DNA of 32,000 nucleotides, taken from the NCBI GenBank assembly GCA_028279805.1, contig JANQMZ010000007.1:330001-362000 (forward strand), read 5' to 3'. This document shows positions 25,701 to 32,000 of the stretch, in pieces. Numbering within the stretch: position 1 is the first letter of the stretch; each line of letters opens with the position of its first letter. This DNA is from an archaeon (GTDB lineage: Archaea; Iainarchaeota; Iainarchaeia; Iainarchaeales; JANQMZ01). Under the pieces are notes generated by a model. That model made no database searches. It was not told where the DNA came from and saw only the letters and a program-made list of their open reading frames with translations. Position numbers and translations under genes: made by a program.

Positions 25701-27923
25701 AAAAGTGTTAAATTGCCTCAGGGCACTGAACCAAAAGAAATTGAATTGCTGGTTTGCGGAATCAATCCGACAGATTTGGTTAAAAAAGCTTCAACTGTTC
25801 AGCCGGGAACATATTATGCTGTTGCAATGTGGGAAGACGGTCCTGACAAGCTTGATGCAGGATTTATAGATGAAGCAGCTTTATCAGCTTACAGAAAAAA
25901 TGAAAGCGAATTTTCAGCAAGAGGAAATGCCCAACAGGTTGGAGTAAGCAGGCAATTGGACGGGAAAAAATACGCCGGAGTCGGAACATATTTTGCGGGT
26001 TGTACCGCCACATCATTGATTGCAGGAATGTGGATAAAAGGACCCGGAGATTTGGTTTTTGATTGTGTGATTCCGAGTGTCTGGGCAACTGCAGACATAG
26101 CATTAGACTTTGGAAGCTTTTATGATAATACGGTTAAACCTTTTTTGAGCCAGATCCCTTTGCTGGAAACCATTATTCCGGGAGCTGAAACTGAAAACAA
26201 TTTTGAAGAAACATTATTAGGACCGGGAAGAGCCGGTTTGAGCGCAAGGCTTGTAACACAATTGTTAAGTGACAACGCAACAGACGGAGCACAAAGGCTG
26301 GCAAATGTGGTGGTGGATGAATGGAACAATGCTCATTTGAATGACATTGTTAAAAACGCACCTAATGAAACATCAAGAGTTGATGCATTCAGAAACACTT
26401 TGAGAAGAAATACCGCTGAAGCTGCCGAAACAGCTTTGAGAAATGTTAAAAGCAGGAGAATAACAACGCCTGTGACAATGCGTAACAATATTGTCGAGGT
26501 ATCAAAAGATGCAATGCAAACCGGTTTGACTAAAACTCTTTCCAACAGAAGCGTAACCAATGGCTTGGCTCAGGCTGCAGAGTCAGCCGGAATAAAAGTG
26601 TTTACAGCCGGTTTGGGTGTTGCGACGGCAAGCCTGTTTGCATCAGCAGATGTTGCGAAAGAGGTTTCAAAAGGAACGCCGGAGGTTCTTAACGGAATTA
26701 CATTTGAAGATTTGACAAATAAAACCATTTCTGGGCAGCAAAGAGAAGCAAGAAGAAACGCTCTGCAGGTATTCAAAAACAATCAGAGTAAAATTATTGA
26801 TGACACAATAGCGGCTCTTCAAAAAGATGGACGAGTTGGAAAAGAACTGTTAAGTAAGCCGTTGGAAGAAGGTGGTGGGGAGACGCTTGAAGGATTTATA
26901 AGAAAAGAATTGCAAGAGAAGATTGGAAATTCTGCGGATAGCATAGATGTAAGACAAATTGAATCTGGAAGATATTCAAAATGGCAAGTTAACACAAAAT
27001 CATCAGAATTGACTGAAAGAATAGTGAATGAAAGCCTGGCAAAAGTTTCAAAGAATGAAAACGTTCAAAATGTTTTAAGGGAAAGCCTTTCAAGCCAGGC
27101 TCAAAAAGAATTAGGGCAGCAATTGTCAAAAGAATTTGATGAAGTTGTTGAAAGGATTTATCCAGAAGAAGCTGGAAAGCTGGCAAGAAATACTGCCAGA
27201 GGATTCAATTTAAGGCATTGGACACAAATAGCCAGAACAATGGGATTGGGCTTGTTTAAAGGAATTGGTTCTCAGACAGTTGGTTATGCATTGTGGAACT
27301 TGTATTGGACTAACGGACCGGGAGCAACACCATTGCAAGGCGGTGTTTTGGTTGACGGGGCATTTGTAAAAGGAGCTCCGGTACAAATTCAGATAACACA
27401 GCATGGAAAGAAAAAAATAGAATTTGTTCCTATTGATGAAACAATTAGCCCCGGGCTTGTTGAAACAATGAACCGGGATGTTCAGGCAAACAAATCGATT
27501 TTATGGCAGGATGAAGGAATATTCAAATGCAGTGATTATGGTGAAACAAAAGCAGGTTGTCTGCTGCTGGTTGACCCTGCAAGCCAGAGTGTAAGGCAGG
27601 AGTTTAATGAAACACAAGCATTTGTTTATTCAACAAATCTGGATGCAATAAACGGTGCAAGCGAATCTTACGGAGTAGAAGAAAATGAATTGCTTGCTGT
27701 TCTGTTAACAGATGCTGACACAATTAATGGTTGCTCAGTTCCAAGCAAAACATGGTACTTTGATTTGCAAAGCGAAGAAGACAGAACAGGAATAATTAAT
27801 TGTGTTGCTGGAAAAATGAATGCGGTTAATGGCAATTATGGCCAGTTGGGTTACAGTGTAAGTCAATTGAACACAATTTCATCTTTGTCAAAAGCTTTTA
27901 AGGAAGTAAATGCCTGTAGTTAA
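19722..27923 (+). CDS. Giant N-terminally anchored multi-domain surface protein (2,733 aa) with carboxypeptidase-regulatory/Ig-like repeats
   Basis: Short cytosolic segment, one TM (PFTIGTFILLVGVFYFFLIMNAG), then beta-rich repeats (LQLSVVDQVGNPVGGVQLNVSG..., ITVVNQASTPLSNAFVALHNFEG...). The long C-terminal region is non-repetitive and partly helical, with Cys. GGTG SD 6 nt before ATG 19722. Confidence 0.9.
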   Translation: MVMEQIGRFYAGIEEKWYNFADALEKKGIPLTIYTNFLEEKGIPSLPFTIGTFILLVGVFYFFLIMNAGINPTLQLSVVDQVGNPVGGVQLNVSGPGFDSFTRNVGSSELLALAPMNVGSVVTIKASKENYSSTTQEIKISGETQPVKIVLETNFNHIVGQASFVDAETGTVITDITGATVTDALGRTYRGRVSDGKVVFANVPEGEELDILITTRNYEEYDNTISFSENEIPAIELMPILAGFAAKTDLLIEVRDETGEFAKNVLIKILNESGESIYEEDSETGTFQAQLDERKIVQIVVEKEDYLIFNSEPFTLTGDETQYTVNLRKGGEKLTITVVNQASTPLSNAFVALHNFEGKFVDSKETGIDGIAEFANLDPNLAYFVSGSRSGFLAERMNVEPAKTENVILRLEGISPANSVNAKVFVFESEVSPANNSTVSFFEITEDKELPLGLPPARTNITGLVEFKVKPNTNVLVKAQRGLMESEASFVPEIGKENEIRIILELPPTITRLNFVDETGKHQKGSVLITTESGDTLFDGKIESGKILFNSDNYKSVIVNVELEDGTTYTEKLLIGNEKELSLTVAGEKNSGAKPELEFLGIFNEQGQKVEAISKEKPYYLKFKTVFAPGTAKAGLHVRLGPDSVKYVDSQGMGILGFDAVTGNYFLGTTYTPEPLPGNESIDKQNSGGKESYNKLVELYYSEPNEIEIAKIKVQARQTFDAKEFDVHYRAWVETSGKIYREPQDKELGNERFSSVKSGLYAETQRTSVKVSESQVHCGENICADYVFVDESGLVFEENEFKPVLGKTYALQMNLNSGQTVTPSVLISTEKQEPKILFSSYQVQAFGAFPGGDAKRVELRVEGLRILANQERNVRAFFKTDNAGSSFVNVKIALGENITEKTFYFNVSKQKEFEIEVVPEKIFVGDNFVILLTDTETGSLIENATIQLETTKNELVRTVIGNGSIDRGAGGRYLVKEGMGIGEYRAIISAPEYKTIEYPLLILEEGLIELADVKISLAHSQSKSGVNAVLTNKSKFSLENVSIEIREDSQWPDELRLKLVTEPQKVGSNGKASFRIEAEYTGELEERAYGEADLIASGFIAGKFYSQTISRIRVSYNEQFDAECLAFDKKNIDVSMLGITGNQQTVSFRATNNCGKQLELKPEVSGEHSDKELRLQPSDIIIRAGEEKEFDVDVSNRINRYYSGPEERKFRVYYRSPQITKVLDIRILLTHPSFSLQTNDNIDVFLSPEEGSSKATGHGNLFIKNVGSRAIEAINISPGATQSNITLRVLPVGGLYGQGSQAVGLPHPTRGAATIFDILSLGSFTPAKTPYLEPQALAFSPTKRPVYGGLDVSTQQLRPGEQINPPMTIYAETSALKTLPREPQKRILEISGVIDGRRYPLKTVTVWLHASSPQCLKIFGANNKAFRSGDSSEGSISHNIDIKNDCGEEVRNISIEPENFGGNTFELVPLDTSFLRQGQRASFKLILKKGSDYSTLEGRTETLFVKGFLVRTQRFIKSAPISGIIIEIGQKAEAIGKATSPVAIPVCELPEEDGLAVKFPVIAKGNDCTTGYCDAEQFSEFLLEKLDNKVSDVQRKIRAGSGNTASFAGCDPTQPFCSFSSMGVISAPVYSYFQNDLLSKDVIKHVQDQGRYKSVQKMQPEFRQVDIEKLNASFTINQLMISEVIRGCGRYELSFDGAVQNVGGKLLENNIVLQVNVIGKSHTDECNPTKIQNIMNFLPQDEGLTTLDRKGTWLGLIQYESRNEGFKELASDLSNTLFGTETGRTTTGATGTNRLNLELGELEGNSIVKIETDQRSEETPQPRNSKVILTDLYAQSSEAYRNEIGKEAGKALAALKQSQIKGCIAQDESYLLLESAEDVGNTKITGPKGLPLTTAEFCSAYKVESSLIGGEIELEASTETDPVPGIENIVLKNSNGEELGNNGSNVYTTDNGVPIRLNENEETGQFEYEFQLCVDGKGPVVFEARDQNVALQAKSVKLPQGTEPKEIELLVCGINPTDLVKKASTVQPGTYYAVAMWEDGPDKLDAGFIDEAALSAYRKNESEFSARGNAQQVGVSRQLDGKKYAGVGTYFAGCTATSLIAGMWIKGPGDLVFDCVIPSVWATADIALDFGSFYDNTVKPFLSQIPLLETIIPGAETENNFEETLLGPGRAGLSARLVTQLLSDNATDGAQRLANVVVDEWNNAHLNDIVKNAPNETSRVDAFRNTLRRNTAEAAETALRNVKSRRITTPVTMRNNIVEVSKDAMQTGLTKTLSNRSVTNGLAQAAESAGIKVFTAGLGVATASLFASADVAKEVSKGTPEVLNGITFEDLTNKTISGQQREARRNALQVFKNNQSKIIDDTIAALQKDGRVGKELLSKPLEEGGGETLEGFIRKELQEKIGNSADSIDVRQIESGRYSKWQVNTKSSELTERIVNESLAKVSKNENVQNVLRESLSSQAQKELGQQLSKEFDEVVERIYPEEAGKLARNTARGFNLRHWTQIARTMGLGLFKGIGSQTVGYALWNLYWTNGPGATPLQGGVLVDGAFVKGAPVQIQITQHGKKKIEFVPIDETISPGLVETMNRDVQANKSILWQDEGIFKCSDYGETKAGCLLLVDPASQSVRQEFNETQAFVYSTNLDAINGASESYGVEENELLAVLLTDADTINGCSVPSKTWYFDLQSEEDRTGIINCVAGKMNAVNGNYGQLGYSVSQLNTISSLSKAFKEVNACS

Positions 27924-27939
27924 AAAAATGTGATTTAAA

Positions 27940-29670
27940 TTGAATGAAAAAGCGTTTAATCTTTTTACTGCGTTACTTTCATTCATTTTAATCATTTTAA
28001 CTGTTTTATTGTTGAATGCGATGCTTCAGGCTGAAGGCGATGCTCAAAGCATTTTGTCAAGCACAAGCGAACAGTCAAGGCTTGAAGCCGTGCTTGAACT
28101 GACAAGAGCTGATGCTTTGCAGATATTTAACCATGCAATGCGTGTTTCAATAGAAGAATATATGGCTCTGAATGAAATTACTTTTGAAAGGGATAAATGG
28201 CAGGATTGGGATGCATTAATTGAAGATGTAAGGGTTGGAAAATTCGGAGGGCAAAGAGAAGATGAAACTGAGACAACTGCTTTTGCAAGTTTAATGGCTT
28301 CAAATCTGGTCAGCCTGTATTCAAGTTCGGATTTTGGTGCTGTTGGCTCCTATGATATTTCAATTGATACAAAAAGCCAGAAAAACTTAAGGGACGCATT
28401 AAAAGATATTTTAACAGCAGATGATTCTTTTTTGCAGGTGGTTGGATGTGAAAATGGAAAAATTGAAACATGTGAAAAAGGCACTTTTTACCTGGAACTT
28501 GACATGAGTGTTTTGTCAGATGAAGATTATGAAACAAAAATTCCAAAAATTGTGTTAAAAGACAATTCAACAAGCAGAACAATACGAGACCCGGTTCTTC
28601 CAAAAACAAAAATAAGATTGTATGTTCCTCTGCGTTTGTTTAAAGCAATAGCTTATTCAAGGGCAATGGCTTTCAATGTGGATGCACTTGAAGTGAATAA
28701 TACTGTGGAAGATTACGGCTTGTTGTCTTTAAGAATGCATAACGAGTTTGACAGCATGGCGCTTGGCTTATGTGATCCGGGTTATTGTAAAGCAAGAACA
28801 AATCCTTATTATCCGCCCATATCAAAAAGTTCAACTGAAGCATGCCCGTTTAATGAACCGAGAGTAAATGATTATTATGAAAATAATCCGATAAGGCTTG
28901 ACCCAGATGAAACATTGTCATTTACAAATGTTTCAAAATATAATCCGACTCCGTCGGCAAGGGATTCAGGAAAACAGCTTGGCAATATTGTGATTGACAG
29001 AGCCTGCGAAATAGCGGAAAAACAATTTACACAGGTTGCTTACGGAGGAAAATCGTTGGAAGAATTGGCCGGTGAAACATTTGAATTAAAGGGAACAAGT
29101 GATTGTTCTTTCATCAGCAAAGCTGTTGCGGGTTCAAATTCAAGAATTTCAAAAAGAATAGCTGGAAGCGGAGGCTCAGGAGGAGGCGGAAGAAATGTTT
29201 CTGTGCAAAGGCCAAACCTTTCATTTGCAAATCCTAATTCAATTTGTCCTCTGAGTTCTGCACAGTTGGCTGACTCGCAGCAAATGGGCTGGGGTGGACT
29301 ATATTTTAATCCGAATACGGGAAAACATGAAAAGCCGGATACAAGCGGAATGATTTTTTTTAATGATGCGGATTTTGAAGATTTTGCGGAATGTGCACAG
29401 CTTGAAACTTTAAGAATAACAATAGAATTTCAAGAAAAAGATGAAAGGTATAAGGTAAGCGAGTCAGATTTGACTTACAAATTTGTTTTGGCAGACGATT
29501 ATGTTCCGTTTAATCCAAACATGGTTATTGGTGAGCCTGACGCAGCATGTTCTTTGCAGATGCCTTTCCCGTCACCAAATTATAATGAAAATGACTGGAC
29601 ATGCCGTTATGGCGGAAGCGCGGGAGGATTATCTGAAGGGGGAACAATAAGCGGATGTTATCCTGCTTAA
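27940..29670 (+). CDS. N-terminally anchored extracytoplasmic protein (576 aa), unknown, start TTG
   Basis: TTG at 27940 preceded by a GTGAT SD at 27930-27934 (5-nt spacing). N-terminus (M)NEKAFNLFTALLSFILIILTVLLLNAML followed by an alpha-helical stretch. Cys-containing region and a Gly/Ser linker (SGGSGGGGRN). Confidence 0.78.
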   Translation: MNEKAFNLFTALLSFILIILTVLLLNAMLQAEGDAQSILSSTSEQSRLEAVLELTRADALQIFNHAMRVSIEEYMALNEITFERDKWQDWDALIEDVRVGKFGGQREDETETTAFASLMASNLVSLYSSSDFGAVGSYDISIDTKSQKNLRDALKDILTADDSFLQVVGCENGKIETCEKGTFYLELDMSVLSDEDYETKIPKIVLKDNSTSRTIRDPVLPKTKIRLYVPLRLFKAIAYSRAMAFNVDALEVNNTVEDYGLLSLRMHNEFDSMALGLCDPGYCKARTNPYYPPISKSSTEACPFNEPRVNDYYENNPIRLDPDETLSFTNVSKYNPTPSARDSGKQLGNIVIDRACEIAEKQFTQVAYGGKSLEELAGETFELKGTSDCSFISKAVAGSNSRISKRIAGSGGSGGGGRNVSVQRPNLSFANPNSICPLSSAQLADSQQMGWGGLYFNPNTGKHEKPDTSGMIFFNDADFEDFAECAQLETLRITIEFQEKDERYKVSESDLTYKFVLADDYVPFNPNMVIGEPDAACSLQMPFPSPNYNENDWTCRYGGSAGGLSEGGTISGCYPA

Positions 29671-29768
29671 ATCACATTTAAATATTATTAAAAGCTAAAA
29701 TTATCGATAAGTTAATATATTCTGAAAAAGAAATAATACTTAGTTAATAAAGTTATAAAGTGAAAGAA

Positions 29769-32000
29769 ATGCCTGAGGATAATTTTTACCGGAAAATTGA
29801 AAACAAGTATTATGATTTAATGGAATCAATTGACGGGAAAGGCATTCCTGTCTACAAAGTTATTGATTTTATTGAGGAAAGAAATATTCCGAGTTTTCCG
29901 GTTTTTATTGTATTTATTCTTGCATTGGTTTTAGGAATCGGCTTTTTGCTTTCAGGATTTTTGCAGCCTACTGTTCTTGTATCTGTTTCAGGCAACGGGC
30001 AAAAAATTTCACTGGCTAACGTGGAATTGGTTGTGGACGGGGAAATTTTTTCTTCAGGAACAACAGATGAATCCGGAAATGTTTTATTGGTTGCACCTTC
30101 GGAAAAAAATTTTTCAATACAGGTTTCAAAAGCCGGGTTTGAAGACAAAACTTTGAGAGGCTTACTGTCAGATGGAAGCACTGTTGATGTTGAATTGCTG
30201 GAAAAAATTGGAAGCAGAATAATTTCATTCAAGGACGATGAAACCGGTGCATTAATTGAACAGGATTTGGTTGTAACTTTTTATTGTTCTGATTCTGATT
30301 TTGAAACAACACGTGTTTTAAGTGACGGAACAATTGAACTTGAAAATGTTCCGGGGGATTGTGGCACACTGACTTTCAGGCAGATTGAAGGATTTGAATC
30401 TGGAACAACCTCAATTAATGTTAATGAAGCTGAATCTGAAATTGTTTTAAAAAATCTGGGCAGTACCGGAATTGCTGATGTAATAGTTACAGGTGAAGAT
30501 GGCTTGCCTGTTTTCGGGGCAACAGTTTCTCTGATGAGTACACAGGGAACAAAAAACGAGGAAGATGACATTGTGGAACAGGTAAGCGAAACAACACAGG
30601 CAGGGATTGCTTCATTTGAGTCTGTGCCTTTGTCAGATTATTATGTGATTGTGGCAGACGATGAACATGAACAAAAGAAAAGCGAGATTCAGAGCCTTTC
30701 ATTTGAAGCTTTAACGTTTAGTGTTTCTCTTGAAAAAACAAGTTCGGGAATTGTAAAAGTCAGAGTTAAAAATGCACAGAATGAATTGTTAAAAGATGCG
30801 CAGGTTAAACTTGTAAAAGAAGATGTGGAACATGATTCAGGCTTTACTGATGAATCTGGTACAGTGGAATTAAGGGTTAATGCTTCTTTGAATTATAATT
30901 TGATTGTTTCAAAGCAGGGATTTGCCGAGGCAAAAGTTTCAAATGTTTCAGTCGGGGAAGAATTTTATGAAATTAGTTTAACAAAAGCAACAGCTTCAAA
31001 CACTGCCAATCTGGTTGTAAAAGTTATTGATTCAGAATCAGATCCGGTGGAAAACGCAAAAATTTTGTTAAAATATGCGGATGGTGAAACCGCCGGAGAG
31101 CCTGTTATAACGGGAATTAAGGGAAAGGCAGAGTTTTTTGACGTGGCTCCGGGAAGATATTATGTTCACGCGGTAAAAGAAGGATTTGAAGGGGTAACCA
31201 CAAACGAGTTTTCCTTAAATGCAGGGCAACAGAAAACTGAAACATTTCAGTTAAAACTGGGTTTCGGGCAGATTGATGTAATTGTTTTAAACGATGACGG
31301 GGAAAAAATAAGCGGAGCAACAGTTAAAGCTTATGATTTTTATTCACAGCAACTGTTAGACGAAAAACTTGGAAGCGAGGGAACAGCATCCTTTAATTTA
31401 AGAGTTGACAGGCTGCCTTTTTTTGTTATAACCCATCCTGATTATTCTTCTTTTACAAGTGCAACATTAAAACCTGTTAAAGGATTAACACAGCAGAAAA
31501 AAGTTGAACTTGTAAAAAATGTTTCAGCATTAAAAGCAGAATTTTTAGGATTGTTTTTGAATGAACAAACTGAAAAATCCTTAAACCCGGGAACAAAATA
31601 CACTGCAAAAATGAGATTGCTTGTTCCTGAAACAAAAACATATTCAAAAGTCGGATTCTTTTTAAGAACAGGGGAAGGAGTTCTGAACAAAACAAACAAA
31701 ATGGAAGAAGACTCGGTTTTTATTAAAAATGTTAAAACGTCGGCAGACAGTTTGAGAAAAGGAATGTCTTATACGCCCAACAAAGGTTTTTCATCTGATG
31801 CTAAAAATTTAACATCAGGCAATGCAAAATGGGTTCAGATGGAATGGGAAATTCAGGGATTACTACCAAAAACAGGAGTGTTTGAAGTTGAAGCAGAAAT
31901 ACAGGTAAAAAGTGAGGCAAGCATAGGCGATTCCGCAAAAATTTCTTACAGAGGTTTCGGAATTTCAGGGAATACAATTGAAAGAAATCCTGTTGACAAT
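29769..32000 (+). CDS. Second giant N-terminally anchored surface protein (3' truncated by window edge), paralog of 19722..27923
   Basis: 744 codons open from ATG 29769 to the window end, checked codon by codon. Not listed in the ORF track. MPEDNFYRKIENKYYDLMESIDGKGIPVYKVIDFIEERNIPSFPVFIVFILALVLGIGFLLSGFLQPTVLVSVSGNGQKISLANVELVVDG... GTGA SD at 29760-29763. Confidence 0.9.
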   Translation, partial: MPEDNFYRKIENKYYDLMESIDGKGIPVYKVIDFIEERNIPSFPVFIVFILALVLGIGFLLSGFLQPTVLVSVSGNGQKISLANVELVVDGEIFSSGTTDESGNVLLVAPSEKNFSIQVSKAGFEDKTLRGLLSDGSTVDVELLEKIGSRIISFKDDETGALIEQDLVVTFYCSDSDFETTRVLSDGTIELENVPGDCGTLTFRQIEGFESGTTSINVNEAESEIVLKNLGSTGIADVIVTGEDGLPVFGATVSLMSTQGTKNEEDDIVEQVSETTQAGIASFESVPLSDYYVIVADDEHEQKKSEIQSLSFEALTFSVSLEKTSSGIVKVRVKNAQNELLKDAQVKLVKEDVEHDSGFTDESGTVELRVNASLNYNLIVSKQGFAEAKVSNVSVGEEFYEISLTKATASNTANLVVKVIDSESDPVENAKILLKYADGETAGEPVITGIKGKAEFFDVAPGRYYVHAVKEGFEGVTTNEFSLNAGQQKTETFQLKLGFGQIDVIVLNDDGEKISGATVKAYDFYSQQLLDEKLGSEGTASFNLRVDRLPFFVITHPDYSSFTSATLKPVKGLTQQKKVELVKNVSALKAEFLGLFLNEQTEKSLNPGTKYTAKMRLLVPETKTYSKVGFFLRTGEGVLNKTNKMEEDSVFIKNVKTSADSLRKGMSYTPNKGFSSDAKNLTSGNAKWVQMEWEIQGLLPKTGVFEVEAEIQVKSEASIGDSAKISYRGFGISGNTIERNPVDN

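Noticed and set aside
19722-27923. Many 60-100-aa minus-strand ORFs inside the giant gene (e.g. 20263..20589, 20636..21124, 25300..25701)
   Set aside because: They lie entirely within a 2,733-codon open frame with consistent coding character. The Leu/Phe/Ser/His-rich translations look like antisense artefacts.
29852-31699. Short ORFs listed on the minus strand and one on the plus strand near the right edge (29852..30232, 30016..30228, 30281..30571, 30487..30702, 31117..31320, 31442..31699)
   Set aside because: All overlap the 744-codon open frame starting at 29769, which has an SD, TM anchor and paralogy. The short ORFs are shadows.
1-32000. CRISPR array, rRNA, tRNA, transposase or restriction/anti-phage genes
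   Set aside because: I saw no regularly spaced direct repeats, rRNA-like blocks, tRNA-like folds or recognisable defence/mobile-element domains, though reading by eye cannot exclude small RNAs.

Overview
AT-rich, gene-dense window that reads as archaeal (GGTG/GTGAT Shine-Dalgarno motifs, TATA boxes, class III signal peptides, CTP-dependent riboflavin kinase, PAC2 protein). A DPANN-type lineage is my inference only. The window is dominated by cell-surface and secretion genes. (1) At the left edge there is a tandem pair of T2SF/TadC-like membrane proteins. (2) A PAC2-family gene and ribK follow. (3) Next is a giant (~1,623 aa) secreted orphan protein on the minus strand with a C-terminal TM/Arg tail, plus a 58-aa downstream ORF missing from the ORF track. 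(4) A minus-strand type IV pilus-like locus at 9856-18402 contains a secretion ATPase, a fused double-T2SF platform protein and seven small N-terminally anchored pilin-like or unknown proteins; a probable terminator/promoter splits it. (5) A compact exosortase/archaeosortase-family gene (putative Cys/Arg/His triad) sits at 19063-19596. (6) A 2,733-aa N-terminally anchored multi-domain surface protein is followed by a TTG-start membrane protein. A second giant gene then runs off the right edge; the ORF track does not list it, and it is clearly paralogous to the first giant. The best candidate for an undescribed system is the combination of pilus machinery, archaeosortase and giant paralogous surface proteins sharing a cytosolic KGIP...FxEE+xIPSxP N-terminal module. 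No CRISPR array, tRNA, rRNA or transposase was recognised by eye.
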